Assembly: GCF_051307035.1 (NCBI RefSeq)
Contig: NZ_CP195536.1
Span: 330,001 to 362,000 of the forward strand
Length of the DNA stretch: 32,000 bases
Direction of reading: 5' to 3'
From: Psychrobacter sp. DM4
GTDB lineage: Bacteria > Pseudomonadota > Gammaproteobacteria > Pseudomonadales > Moraxellaceae
Each line of letters starts with the position of its first letter. Within the stretch, counting starts at the first letter, position 1. Under the pieces are notes generated by a model. That model was not told the origin of the DNA, made no database searches, and saw nothing but the letters and a program-made list of their open reading frames with translations. Below are positions 17,781 to 27,668 of the stretch, piece by piece. The position numbers and the translations under genes are program-made.

Positions 17781-18194
17781 ATGAATACTCAAAGAGGGTT
17801 TACGCTCATAGAGCTGATGATCGTCATTGCTATTATTGGTATCTTAGCGGCGATCGCGCTACCGGCTTATCAGACTTATACCAAAAAAGCACGTTTTACT
17901 GAAGTAGTACTCGCTGCCGCTACAGTCAGAGCCAATATCGACAGCTGCTTTCAAGGTAGAGGCAACTATCTACTCGCTAATTGCGATACTATTGCTAAAG
18001 TCAGTATCAACGCTTCAGGCGTTACCAATGCCAATAATGTCAATGCTATTAGCATCGCACCGACAACGGCTCTAGTGACCGCAACAGGTGAGCCTAGCGT
18101 CGATGGTGCGACTTTTACTTTGCAGCCCGCTGCTAGCAACGATACCTTGGTATGGACAGCAGGCGGTACCTGCATTGCTGCTGGTCTATGTTAA
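17781..18194 (+). CDS. type IVa pilin, PilA paralog (copy 2)
   Basis: AAGGAAG SD before ATG 17781. [39 protein letters not shown]. The first 40 mature residues differ from copy 1 at one position. The middle is diverged and the C-terminus GTCIAAGLC is identical. The ORF-track start at 17706 lies inside the terminator hairpin. Confidence 0.85.
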   Translation: MNTQRGFTLIELMIVIAIIGILAAIALPAYQTYTKKARFTEVVLAAATVRANIDSCFQGRGNYLLANCDTIAKVSINASGVTNANNVNAISIAPTTALVTATGEPSVDGATFTLQPAASNDTLVWTAGGTCIAAGLC

Positions 18195-18223
18195 TCATCA
18201 TTGTTCATAGGAACTATCCTTAA

Positions 18224-19012
18224 ATGACGCCACAACCTACTCGCATTTGGGCGGACTCTTTTAAAGCCGCCGCTATTCATTTGTCTATCAGTTTATTAGT
18301 CGCTGGAGCCTTAGCAGTTTTGCTGTTCAAGGTTTGGTATCCGATGCCACTCGCTACTGCTACAGGTGTCTTTGTTATATTTGCCATGGTATTTATTATT
18401 GACCTAATCATTGGCCCTTTGTTAACGCTTATTGTGTATAAAAAAAATAAAAAATCATTAGTATTTGATCTAAGTGTAATTGTCATTATCCAGATTGCAG
18501 CACTGGCTTACGGCGTGTACAGTCTCTCACAAGCGCGACCGGTGTGGTTAGCCTTTTACGATAATCGATTTGAGATTGTCAGGCTGAATGATATAGAAGA
18601 TAGTTATTTAGAGAATGCGCCTGAACAATATTCGCATTTTTCTTTAACAGGACCTAAATGGGTCGCCGCCAAGCCTATAGGTAATGAGCAACAGATCGAA
18701 GAGTTGAAGTTTGGCAGTCGATTGGGCGCAAAGATCGCACATCAGCCTGCTTTATATTATCCGATAGAGCAAGCTTATCCTGCTATAAAAATCAAAGCCT
18801 ATGAGCTGTCTAAATTAGAAGCGGCTAATGATAAAATAGATATTGGCAAATATATCACTGCCTATCCAAATGCAGTTGGTTGGTTACCGCTATGGGGTCA
18901 GGAGCAACATATGGTGGTATTGATCGATAAAAATGGCGCGCCACTCAAAATTGTTGATTTGCGTCCTTGGACAAAAGCTCAAATGAGTACGACTATCGTT
19001 TCTTATACGTAA
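18224..19012 (+). CDS. type IV pilin accessory protein, TfpX/TfpY/TfpZ (FimB-like) family
   Basis: It starts 29 nt after pilA copy 2. A polytopic N-terminal half (AAIHLSISLLVAGALAVLLFKVWYP, IIGPLLTLIVYKK, DLSVIVIIQIAALAYGVYSLSQARPVW) resembles the P. aeruginosa pilin-linked accessory proteins as I recall them. The assignment has not been checked by search. Confidence 0.6.
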   Translation: MTPQPTRIWADSFKAAAIHLSISLLVAGALAVLLFKVWYPMPLATATGVFVIFAMVFIIDLIIGPLLTLIVYKKNKKSLVFDLSVIVIIQIAALAYGVYSLSQARPVWLAFYDNRFEIVRLNDIEDSYLENAPEQYSHFSLTGPKWVAAKPIGNEQQIEELKFGSRLGAKIAHQPALYYPIEQAYPAIKIKAYELSKLEAANDKIDIGKYITAYPNAVGWLPLWGQEQHMVVLIDKNGAPLKIVDLRPWTKAQMSTTIVSYT

Positions 19013-19060
19013 GGCGAGTCCTTACAAGTCAAAGTAACGTCATAAAGTATTTAGAGATAA

Positions 19061-19090
19061 AAGCCAAACTTCATGTTTGGTTTTTTTATT
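19061..19090 (+). terminator. rho-independent terminator closing the pilin unit
   Basis: Stem CCAAAC (19064-19069) / GTTTGG (19075-19080), extendable by A-T and G-T pairs, followed by TTTTTTTATTTT. Confidence 0.7.
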
Positions 19091-19157
19091 TTAGGCTATC
19101 AAAACACACCCACCATCACGCCCCACCCAGAATAGTGTAAAATCATCACAAAATATT

Positions 19158-20675
19158 GTGCTGATGAGTCGTGCTATGCAAAAGAAAGTCTTGGGTATCT
19201 GTCTCGTCATCGCGTTACTTGAGGGCTTTGCAGGTTTGGGTATCGAGATCTATGCCATTCGCATATCTGCGACGTATATCGGCGCGTCTATCTCGATCAC
19301 AGGCGTGATTCTCGCGATGGTGCTGATCGCGATAGCTGTGGGCTACTGGTATGGTGGACGCCTGTCACAAGATATCCATACGCCAAGACAAGCGCTATTA
19401 AAGGCAGGTCACGTTTTGTCCTTGTCTGCTATCTCTCACGCGATTGCCTGTATTATCCAATTACCGTTACTTGCTGCTATGACTATGAGTACCAGTAGTC
19501 CGATTATTGCGGCTATCGGTGTGGGGCTACTATTCGGTGTGGGTTTGACCTTTGGCTCAACGGCTATTCCGCTAATTACCCAGTTTTTGACCCTAAAATA
19601 TCCTAATAGCGACGGTGTCGATGCAGGCAAGAACGCGGGGATGATGGTCGCTATAACCACCATCGGTAGTGTCCTTGGCTCGACGCTGACGCCGATTATC
19701 TTATTGCCCTATATTGGTTTGATGAGTAGCTTGGCGCTATTTATCGCCGCATTAGCGATCAGTAGCTATCTGTGTACCAAGCTTGCGATGCAGCTGTATA
19801 GTGATGACTATGTTAGTCAGCTGTCTCCGCGCCAAAACTACATGCTCGCCATATCAGCCGTTATCGTAACCGCCGCCTTTATCGGATTAAATAAAGTCGA
19901 TACGGGTTATCAAACGGCGACAGGGGCGTGGTTCATCAAGCAAACCGTCTCCGACAATCAACTAGCCGTTACCATCACGGACAAGCCTGGACTCTCAACG
20001 AGTAGCTGCTGGATATACCTCTCCAAAAAGAACTGTCATTGGTATGGCAAAATCACCGTAGAGGCTATCGATGAGATTGCACCTGAGACATTAGTGTTCC
20101 TTGGCGGTGCAGGTATGGGGACACCAAGTGAGGTGGCATATCACAATCCTACTATGGCGTTGACCGTTATCGATATCGACAAAGGCCTGCCAAAGATTAT
20201 CGAGGCGCACTTTTTAAAAGCCCCGATTGCGCCTAATATTGAGTTCATCGGTGATGATGCGCGCGGTTATTTGACGCGTAATAGTGATGCACGTTTCGAC
20301 TTTATGCTCATTGACGCTTTTCAGGGGCGCTTTGTCGCCAGTAACTTATATACGCTAGAGGCGCTGACTCAGTTTAAAGCCAATAGCCAATACATAATGG
20401 CCAATGTCATCGGTATGCCGAATATCAATCATGGCTATACGCAAACGATCTTAAAGAACTGGTTTGAGGTATTTGGCGACTCTGCTTATGTACTGACTCA
20501 AAATGATAGCCCCGCAGTACAAAATAAAGTTCAAAACATTATGCTGTGTAATTTTGCCTGTCCCGGTAGCCAGTTACTTGCGCAAGCTGACTTTTTGAAC
20601 AAGGAGCAGCACGTACATACTGATGATGTACCGAGGCTCGATAGATATCTATATCGCTCTATTGAAAGTCTGTAA
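19158..20675 (+). CDS. fused polytopic membrane / spermidine-synthase-like (SAM-dependent transferase fold) protein
   Basis: The N-terminal ~230 aa contain multiple TM helices (LLEGFAGLGIEIYAIRISATYIG...). The C-terminal Rossmann-type motifs are VFLGGAGMG, VIDIDKGL, GDDARGYL and FDFMLIDAF. The start is uncertain: GTG 19158, ATG 19164 or ATG 19176, with no clear SD. Confidence 0.65.
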   Translation: MLMSRAMQKKVLGICLVIALLEGFAGLGIEIYAIRISATYIGASISITGVILAMVLIAIAVGYWYGGRLSQDIHTPRQALLKAGHVLSLSAISHAIACIIQLPLLAAMTMSTSSPIIAAIGVGLLFGVGLTFGSTAIPLITQFLTLKYPNSDGVDAGKNAGMMVAITTIGSVLGSTLTPIILLPYIGLMSSLALFIAALAISSYLCTKLAMQLYSDDYVSQLSPRQNYMLAISAVIVTAAFIGLNKVDTGYQTATGAWFIKQTVSDNQLAVTITDKPGLSTSSCWIYLSKKNCHWYGKITVEAIDEIAPETLVFLGGAGMGTPSEVAYHNPTMALTVIDIDKGLPKIIEAHFLKAPIAPNIEFIGDDARGYLTRNSDARFDFMLIDAFQGRFVASNLYTLEALTQFKANSQYIMANVIGMPNINHGYTQTILKNWFEVFGDSAYVLTQNDSPAVQNKVQNIMLCNFACPGSQLLAQADFLNKEQHVHTDDVPRLDRYLYRSIESL

Positions 20676-20695
20676 GATATTTGATTGAAAAAATG

Positions 20696-20739
20696 TGTAG
20701 TGTGGGTTACGCTCAACTAACCCGCCCTACAACACTACA
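20696..20739. repeat. nested imperfect inverted repeat (stem-loop) downstream of the 19158-20675 gene
   Basis: Outer arms TGTAGTGT (20696-20703) / ACACTACA (20732-20739). Inner arms GGGTTA (20704-20709) / TAACCC (20718-20723). There is an 8-nt bulge and no T-tract. Confidence 0.5.
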
Positions 20740-20764
20740 ATATGGCTCATAAAAATTTCTCAAT

Positions 20765-20792
20765 AAAAAAGGCTGTAGCAAAAGCCACAGCC
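20765..20792 (-). terminator. rho-independent terminator of fdxA
   Basis: Hairpin GGCTGTAGC / GCCACAGCC (one mismatch, AAAA loop) at 20771-20792. On the minus strand it is followed by TTTTTT (A6 at 20765-20770). Confidence 0.75.
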
Positions 20793-20829
20793 TCATTGGT
20801 ATCGAATAGATTATTTATAACATCACACG

Positions 20830-21153
20830 CTACTTTTCAAGATACTGAATCTTACCTTCGACGCCATCCCATTTCTCAGCATCTACCATTGGAGATTTTA
20901 TCTCAGTGATATTGGGCCACTTTTGTGCCAGCTCTGCGTTCAATTCGATAAATTCTTCTTGTCCCTTGGGCACCTCATCTTCTGAGAAGATCGCATTGGC
21001 TGGGCACTCAGGCTCGCATAGCGCGCAGTCGATGCACTCGTCAGGATCGATAACTAAAAAGTTAGGCCCTTCATAAAAGCAGTCGACAGGACAGACTTCT
21101 ACACAGTCCGTATGTTTACAAAGGATACAATTATCTGCAACGACAAAGGTCAT
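20830..21153 (-). CDS. fdxA: 7Fe ferredoxin (3Fe-4S / 4Fe-4S), FdxA type
   Basis: [56 protein letters not shown] carries the canonical Azotobacter-type ferredoxin Cys pattern. 107 aa. Confidence 0.95.
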   Translation of the reverse strand: MTFVVADNCILCKHTDCVEVCPVDCFYEGPNFLVIDPDECIDCALCEPECPANAIFSEDEVPKGQEEFIELNAELAQKWPNITEIKSPMVDAEKWDGVEGKIQYLEK

Positions 21154-21239
21154 AGGAAATCCTGTTTTTAATTCGGCTTGTATAAGTAAAATAAAATAGA
21201 TCGTATTTTAGCGCTTTTATGCTCATTTAACAATTGCCT

Positions 21240-24200
21240 TTAACGACTACTGCGTTGTTTGAGTACATAGAGCAAGTCATGCGCTTGTTTTGGTGTAAGG
21301 TTATCAGGATTGATAGCATCTAGCTCATTATAAAGGCTAAATAACTGATTTTGTTGTTGATTGTTGTTTACAGGTATTTCTTGTTCACTATTACTGCTAG
21401 TCGAAACACCGTCGTTGTTGGAATAGTTGTGCGCGCGTTCGTCCTTTACTGACTTAGCTAAGTCGTTTTTGTCATCAGAATTTTGAGCATTCCCTTTAAT
21501 ATTGTCAGTCAGGTTTTGTGTAGAGGTTTTGCTTATTGCTAAGCTATCAACCAAATAACGCTTGGCGTCCTCTAGTACCGCTGCTGGAATACCTGCCATC
21601 TTTGCAACATGTAACCCAAAGCTGGAGCTGGCAGCACCTGCGCGGATCTGATGCAATAGCAATAACTGCCCATCGACTTCGCTGGCGGCGACATGGACAT
21701 TACGGATGCCATTGCTTTTTTTATGACTGTTAGCACTGCTATTACGGTTACTTTTACGAGTTTCTCGGCTGACATCATTCTCTTTTGTCAATTGCGTCAG
21801 CTCAAAATAATGCGTGGCAAACAAGGTCAAACAACCAATCTCTAGCAGTTTATTGACGCAAGCATGAGCAATCGCTAGACCGTCAGTGGTCGCCGTACCG
21901 CGTCCGACTTCATCCATGAGTACCAGTGATTTATGAGTGGCTTGATTGAGAATATTGGCGGTCTCTATCATCTCTACCATAAAGGTCGATTTGCCACCTG
22001 CCAGATCATCAGCGGAGCCAATACGGGTAAAGATGCGATCGATATCACCAATGCGAGCACTCGCCGCGGGTACAAAGCTGCCGCAATGAGCGAGTAGGAC
22101 AATCAGCGCAGTCTGGCGCATGTAGGTAGATTTGCCACCCATATTGGGTCCAGTAATCAGTAGTAATCGCTCAGGATTATCAAAAGTGCCAAGGGTACAG
22201 TCATTCGCGACAAAATAGCTGGCTTGTTCAGCGCTTGCCCTATTTTTCTGACTCAATGCAGCTTCGACGACGACATGACGACCTTGGGTGATCTCGATGC
22301 TGGTTTGAGTGTTATCCAGTGGCGTTTGTTCTGACTCTCTCGTATCTTGCGTGACACTATTCATAATCGGGCGTTGCCACTGATAAGTCGTCGCCAAATG
22401 CGCCCAATTACTCAGCACATCGAGCTGAGCAACAGCCGCGCTTAGCTGTTGTAACTCTGGTAGATGCGTACTTAATGTCGTAAGCAGCGCTTGATAGAGT
22501 TGTTTTTCGCGTGTTAGTGCCAATGTTTGCGCGCTCAAGTATTCGGTCTCGACGTCTTTTAGCTCATCAGTGATAAAGCGTTCGCTGTTTTTGAGCGTTT
22601 GCCTGCGAATAAAGTGCGCAGGCGCTTGCTGTGCTTGCATTTTTGGCAACTCAAAATAAAAGCCGCTGACTTTGTTATAGCCGACTTTTAGGCTGGGTAA
22701 TTTATTTTCTTGGCGGGCGCGCGTCACCATGTCATCAAGTGTGGTTTGAATATTGTCATGGAGATGAGTAAGCCTATCGAACTCATCGTCAAAGCCAGCT
22801 GCAAGCATACCGCCATCACGAATATGGGCGGGTGGCTCTATAATGACGGCGCGTTCAATCAGGCTTGCGGCCTCCTGTACGCTTGAGAGATGCGTAGGTA
22901 ATTGTAGCATCAGCATAGCGAGCAGGCCTGCATCTTCATGAGAGATACTGGCATCATTAAGTAGGCTAGTCAGCTGAATACTACTATTGATACCGTCTAC
23001 CAATTTACGCAAATCACGCGGTTTGGCGCTCATCAGTCCAATACGGCTACTGATACGCTCGATATCACCGATGCTATTTAAGGTCTCACGTAGACTAACA
23101 ACGAGTGATTTCTCAAACCGTGAATGCTTGGTTGATCGATCATTATTAGTTAACAGTGTCTCTATCGCCTCCAGACGTAGGTTGATACGCGCGTGCTGAC
23201 GTAGCGGCCGCTTCATTTGTTGCACCAGCAATCGGCGTCCCATTGGCGTTCGGCAGTGATTGAGTACAGATATCAAAGAGGTACCGTTACTACTGACAGG
23301 AGCAAACAGCTCAAGGTTTTGCTGACTGTTCGTATCGATAATCAGATAATCATCATGATACTCAACGATGAGCTGATTGACCTGCGGTATATGACGCTGC
23401 TGCGTTTGCCGGGCATAATGAATGAGCGCCGCACAACTGGACTGGGCGAGTGGGGCGTCACCTATTCCTAAGCCGTCCAAACGCTGAACCCCAAACTGCT
23501 GACACAAGGTCGCAGCGGCATGGTCGCGATGAAAGTCAGCGGCGGCGACTTCTATGATCGGGCAATCGAGATGAGTACGTAGCCATGCCAGCCACGTCTC
23601 ATCGATAGTCTCACTAACAATGCATTCGCTAGGTGCAAAACGCGCCAATACCGTCAGCATTTGCGTTTGTAACTCATCGATATTGTATCCGGTGGCATTT
23701 GCTTGCGTGGCAGAGGTTAGCGTTTGGGTAATCAAAGTACCCGCAGCTAAATCCAGCTGGCTGATTGCAGCTTGCATAGGTTGAGTATTATTTTTGGCTT
23801 TTGATACTGACACATCGATGGCGACCACGGTTGGCGTGTGATTAGGGGCGATAAGGGCGTCATCAGTAATGGTACCTGCGGTCAGGGTTTTGACGACTTC
23901 GCGGCGCATGATACCGCCAGCTTTGCTCTTATCTTTCTTGCCCTTTTCGCCCACACTTGGCAAATTTGAGACGCTATTAGAATTCGAGATGCTACTATTT
24001 AGAGCGCTACTCGTTGCGGCGTCATCAATTTGCTCGCAGACTACAACCGTTTGACCTGCTGCAATCAGACGCGCCATATAGCTATCCGCTGCATGAAAAG
24101 GCACGCCTGCCATGGCAATCGTGTTACCTGCTTTGTCGGTGCCGCGACGCGTAAGAGTAATGTCTAATATCTGCGCAGCACGTTTGGCATCGTCGAAGAA

Positions 24201-24383
24201 TAGCTCATAAAAGTCGCCCATGCGATAGAGCAGTAGCGCGTGCGGATACTGAGCTTTCATCGTTAGATACTGAACCATCATTGGTGTATGGTGCGCCAAA
24301 TCAAAGACAGTATCGCCTACGATAAGCGGTTCGGAAGGGCTTGGATTTGAATCAATAGTGCTATTAGATGGCGTAGCGGACAT
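21240..24383 (-). CDS. mutS: DNA mismatch repair protein MutS with low-complexity insertions
   Basis: [33 protein letters not shown] (mismatch-binding Phe-x-Glu), Walker [21 protein letters not shown] and ATHYFELT. I place the start at ATG 24383 (MSATPS...), not the GTG at 24437. Confidence 0.97.
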   Translation of the reverse strand: MSATPSNSTIDSNPSPSEPLIVGDTVFDLAHHTPMMVQYLTMKAQYPHALLLYRMGDFYELFFDDAKRAAQILDITLTRRGTDKAGNTIAMAGVPFHAADSYMARLIAAGQTVVVCEQIDDAATSSALNSSISNSNSVSNLPSVGEKGKKDKSKAGGIMRREVVKTLTAGTITDDALIAPNHTPTVVAIDVSVSKAKNNTQPMQAAISQLDLAAGTLITQTLTSATQANATGYNIDELQTQMLTVLARFAPSECIVSETIDETWLAWLRTHLDCPIIEVAAADFHRDHAAATLCQQFGVQRLDGLGIGDAPLAQSSCAALIHYARQTQQRHIPQVNQLIVEYHDDYLIIDTNSQQNLELFAPVSSNGTSLISVLNHCRTPMGRRLLVQQMKRPLRQHARINLRLEAIETLLTNNDRSTKHSRFEKSLVVSLRETLNSIGDIERISSRIGLMSAKPRDLRKLVDGINSSIQLTSLLNDASISHEDAGLLAMLMLQLPTHLSSVQEAASLIERAVIIEPPAHIRDGGMLAAGFDDEFDRLTHLHDNIQTTLDDMVTRARQENKLPSLKVGYNKVSGFYFELPKMQAQQAPAHFIRRQTLKNSERFITDELKDVETEYLSAQTLALTREKQLYQALLTTLSTHLPELQQLSAAVAQLDVLSNWAHLATTYQWQRPIMNSVTQDTRESEQTPLDNTQTSIEITQGRHVVVEAALSQKNRASAEQASYFVANDCTLGTFDNPERLLLITGPNMGGKSTYMRQTALIVLLAHCGSFVPAASARIGDIDRIFTRIGSADDLAGGKSTFMVEMIETANILNQATHKSLVLMDEVGRGTATTDGLAIAHACVNKLLEIGCLTLFATHYFELTQLTKENDVSRETRKSNRNSSANSHKKSNGIRNVHVAASEVDGQLLLLHQIRAGAASSSFGLHVAKMAGIPAAVLEDAKRYLVDSLAISKTSTQNLTDNIKGNAQNSDDKNDLAKSVKDERAHNYSNNDGVSTSSNSEQEIPVNNNQQQNQLFSLYNELDAINPDNLTPKQAHDLLYVLKQRSSR

Positions 24384-24520
24384 AAAAGGTCTCTTAGTTG
24401 CATAGTATTTATCACCAATTAAGCGCCATTTTACCACGACTGACTAGGCGCTAGCGTCGCCGAATATCTACCGACTACCCTTGTATCCATCGTTAGCATA
24501 ACCATATATAATGACGGCAC

Positions 24521-24550
24521 ACTTAGTTAGGTAGTACTTAGTCAGGTGGC
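24521..24550 (+). repeat. tandem 15-bp direct repeat in the secA upstream region
   Basis: ACTTAGTTAGGTAGT followed by ACTTAGTCAGGTGGC (12 of 15 identical). It lies just downstream of a perfect TATAAT hexamer at 24507-24512. Confidence 0.5.
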
Positions 24551-24606
24551 GATAGGGTATCTACTCGTTTGCACTGATTATCGAATATTTCCATAGGTCA
24601 AAAATT

Positions 24607-27441
24607 ATGTTATCAAAGATTGTAGGCAGTGTGGTTGGCACCAAAAATGATCGTGAGCTCAAGCGTATGCGCCGAGTGGTCACCAAAATAAACGCGCAAG
24701 AGGCAAGTATTCAAGCCTTGTCTGATGAAGAGCTACAACAAAAAACAGAAGAATTCAAAGCGCGATTTTTGAAGGGCGAGAGCCTGGATGCACTGCTACC
24801 TGAAGCGTTTGCGGTCTGCCGTGAGGCATCCTTACGTATCACAGGCATGCGCCACTACGATGTGCAGCTGATTGGTGGTATCACCTTGCACGAAGGCAAA
24901 ATCGCCGAGATGAAAACGGGCGAAGGTAAAACCTTGATGGCAACCTTGGCCATTTATCTCAATGGTATTAGTGGCAAAGGCGTGCACGTAGTTACCGTCA
25001 ACGACTATCTAGCCGCGCGTGATGCCGACTTGAACCGTCCTTTATTTAACTTTTTGGGACTTAAAGTTGGGGTCATCTATTCGCAGCAGCCGCCAATGGA
25101 TAAGGTTGACGCGTATCAAGCTGACATCACTTATGGTACTAATAACGAATATGGCTTTGATTATCTGCGCGACAATATGGTCTTTAGCTTAGGCGAGAAA
25201 AAACAGCGTCCACTAAACTTCTGTATCATTGATGAGATTGATTCTATCTTGATCGATGAGGCTCGTACGCCGCTGATTATATCGGGTCAGGCCGAAGATT
25301 CCTCTAGAATGTACGCGCTGATTAATACCATTATTCCGGTACTGATTCGCTCAAAGGATGAAGAAGCTAATAAGAATAACGAAGAAGAAGACTTTTGGAT
25401 TGACGAAAAGAACCGTCAAATTGAGATCAGCGAAAAAGGCTATGAGAAGATTGAGAGCTTCTTGATAGATGTGGGCGAACTTGGACCTGAAGAGAGTCTG
25501 TACAGCCCAAGCCGTCTGCCACTTCTCGCACACGTACAAGCCGCCATTCGCGCGCATCATATCTTTGTCAAAAACGTCCATTACATTGTTGATGAAGGCG
25601 AAGTAGTCATCGTCGATGAAAACACGGGTCGTACGATGCCAGGTCGTCGTTGGTCAGAGGGTTTGCATCAAGCGGTCGAAGCCAAAGAGAACACTGAGAT
25701 TCAAGCAGAGAACCAAACACTGGCGACCACGACCTTCCAGAACTTTTTCCGTCTTTATGACAAATTATCTGGTATGACGGGCACAGCTGATACCGAAGCG
25801 GCTGAATTCAAATCTACTTATGATTTAGATGTTATCGTCATTCCGACCCATATGCCGATTGCGCGGGTCGATATGGATGACCAAATCTTTTTGACCAAAC
25901 TAGGCAAGTACCAAGGCATCATCCGCGAGATCAAAGAGATTCAAGAAAAAGGCGCGCCGGTACTAGTAGGTACAGCGACTATTGAGGCCAGTGAAGAATT
26001 GTCTTATTTGCTGGATCAAGAAGGCGTCAAACACAATGTCTTGAATGCCAAGCAGCATGAGCGCGAAGCTGAAATCATTGCGCAGGCAGGTAGTCCTAAG
26101 TCTGTCACCATTGCCACCAACATGGCAGGTCGTGGTACTGATATTATCTTGGGCGGCAACTGGCAGTCATTTATCGAAGACATAGAAAACGTCAGCCCTG
26201 ATGAAATGAAGCGACTAAAGGCAGAGTGGCAAGTCAAGCATGATCAAGTGGTTGCCGCAGGTGGCTTACATATCGTGGGCTCAGAGCGTCACGAGTCTCG
26301 CCGTATCGATAATCAGCTGCGTGGTCGTGCTGGTCGTCAGGGCGATCCAGGCATGTCGCGCTTTTTCTTATCGCTAGAGGACGATCTCATGCGTATATTC
26401 GCAGGCGATCGCGTGGTCAATATGATGAAGGCTATGGGTCTCAAAGAAGATGAGGCTATCGAGCACAAAATGGTCTCAAAATCTATCGAAAACGCCCAAG
26501 GCAAGGTTGAGAGCCGAGATTTTGATGCGCGCAAAAACCTACTTAAGTATGATGATGTCGCCAATGAACAACGTAAAGTTATTTATAGCCAGCGTGATGA
26601 TTTATTGGCAGAGATGGATCTATTAGAAGCCATCGAGTCGATGAACTACGACGTCTACAATGCGATGATCAATCAATTTATCCCGCCAGGCTCTATCGAT
26701 GATCAATGGAATATCGATGGTTTAGAGGATGAGCTTGAAGACGAGTTTAAACTCTATATGCCTATTAACGACTGGCTCGATGCTGATCGCCGCCTCGATG
26801 AAGAGGCGCTACGAGCTAAGATTATTCAAACCGCGCTCGATCATTACCACGGTCGCCGCGAGCAAATGGGCGAGCAAAGTGCTGCTCAGCTAGAGCGTCA
26901 CTTTATGCTCCAAAGCTTAGATAAGCATTGGAAAGAGCATTTGACGCAAATGGATCAGCTGCGCAAGGGTATCCATCTGCGTGGTTATGCGCAAAAAAAC
27001 CCAGAGCAAGAGTACAAGCGTGAATCATTTGAGCTGTTTCAGATGATGCTTGGAGCGATCAAGTCTGAGACCGTACAAGACTTATCACGCGTACATATCC
27101 CAACCAAAGAAGAGCTTGAGGCATTAGAGGCGCAAAAGCGGGCGGACGCTGAGCGTATGCAAATGCAATTTGAGCATGATGATGCAGGTGGTCTGGGCGG
27201 TGAGCGCAAGCCTGAAAATGAGCAAAACCAAGTCAATCAAGGTGCGCGTGCCAACGGTCAAGTGCGATTAAACTTAGGCGGCGCAGTAGCGGCAGCTGGG
27301 GCCAGTAGTGGCGGCGCAAGTAATGGCGCAAGCGCCCCTGACATGGAGCCAAACCCCTATGCAGGTATGAATGTCAGCCGCAACGCGCCTTGTCCTTGTG
27401 GCTCAGGTCTCAAATACAAGCAATGTCACGGCAAAATCTAG
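24607..27441 (+). CDS. secA: preprotein translocase ATPase SecA
   Basis: [21 protein letters not shown], Walker [39 protein letters not shown] and the C-terminal zinc motif [15 protein letters not shown]. Confidence 0.98.
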   Translation: MLSKIVGSVVGTKNDRELKRMRRVVTKINAQEASIQALSDEELQQKTEEFKARFLKGESLDALLPEAFAVCREASLRITGMRHYDVQLIGGITLHEGKIAEMKTGEGKTLMATLAIYLNGISGKGVHVVTVNDYLAARDADLNRPLFNFLGLKVGVIYSQQPPMDKVDAYQADITYGTNNEYGFDYLRDNMVFSLGEKKQRPLNFCIIDEIDSILIDEARTPLIISGQAEDSSRMYALINTIIPVLIRSKDEEANKNNEEEDFWIDEKNRQIEISEKGYEKIESFLIDVGELGPEESLYSPSRLPLLAHVQAAIRAHHIFVKNVHYIVDEGEVVIVDENTGRTMPGRRWSEGLHQAVEAKENTEIQAENQTLATTTFQNFFRLYDKLSGMTGTADTEAAEFKSTYDLDVIVIPTHMPIARVDMDDQIFLTKLGKYQGIIREIKEIQEKGAPVLVGTATIEASEELSYLLDQEGVKHNVLNAKQHEREAEIIAQAGSPKSVTIATNMAGRGTDIILGGNWQSFIEDIENVSPDEMKRLKAEWQVKHDQVVAAGGLHIVGSERHESRRIDNQLRGRAGRQGDPGMSRFFLSLEDDLMRIFAGDRVVNMMKAMGLKEDEAIEHKMVSKSIENAQGKVESRDFDARKNLLKYDDVANEQRKVIYSQRDDLLAEMDLLEAIESMNYDVYNAMINQFIPPGSIDDQWNIDGLEDELEDEFKLYMPINDWLDADRRLDEEALRAKIIQTALDHYHGRREQMGEQSAAQLERHFMLQSLDKHWKEHLTQMDQLRKGIHLRGYAQKNPEQEYKRESFELFQMMLGAIKSETVQDLSRVHIPTKEELEALEAQKRADAERMQMQFEHDDAGGLGGERKPENEQNQVNQGARANGQVRLNLGGAVAAAGASSGGASNGASAPDMEPNPYAGMNVSRNAPCPCGSGLKYKQCHGKI

Positions 27442-27476
27442 TCGCTCATATCCTGATGGTTGTCTAGATCACTTAT

Positions 27477-27506
27477 GCCTATAGCTTAATTGCTATGGGC
27501 GTTTTT
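27477..27506 (+). terminator. rho-independent terminator of secA
   Basis: 9-bp stem GCCTATAGC / GCTATGGGC (one G-U pair), TTAATT loop, then GTTTTTG. Confidence 0.7.
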
Positions 27507-27668
27507 GTGGTGTCAAGAATAAAGGTGATAGGTTTAAGTTTATCTCTTTGAGATATCCATAATAGAAACCTAAAAACTTAAGCTTCGTATTTATTGCTTA
27601 CAAATTGCGCATAGGCGTAGATATGCGGACAGGCTATAGTATTTAGCATATAAAATTAGGAGCAAATA

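Noticed and set aside
17214-18194. Moraxella-type invertible pilin switch (piv/tfpQ-tfpI), or a Neisseria-type silent pilS cassette
   Set aside because: The two pilin genes are in direct orientation and there is no recombinase or invertase gene nearby. Copy 2 has a complete leader, an SD and an intact frame, so it is not a promoterless partial cassette. Synonymous divergence argues against ongoing gene conversion.
24384-24606. secM-like regulatory leader ORF upstream of secA
   Set aside because: There is no ORF with an SD in the 223-bp spacer, and nothing resembling a SecM arrest peptide.
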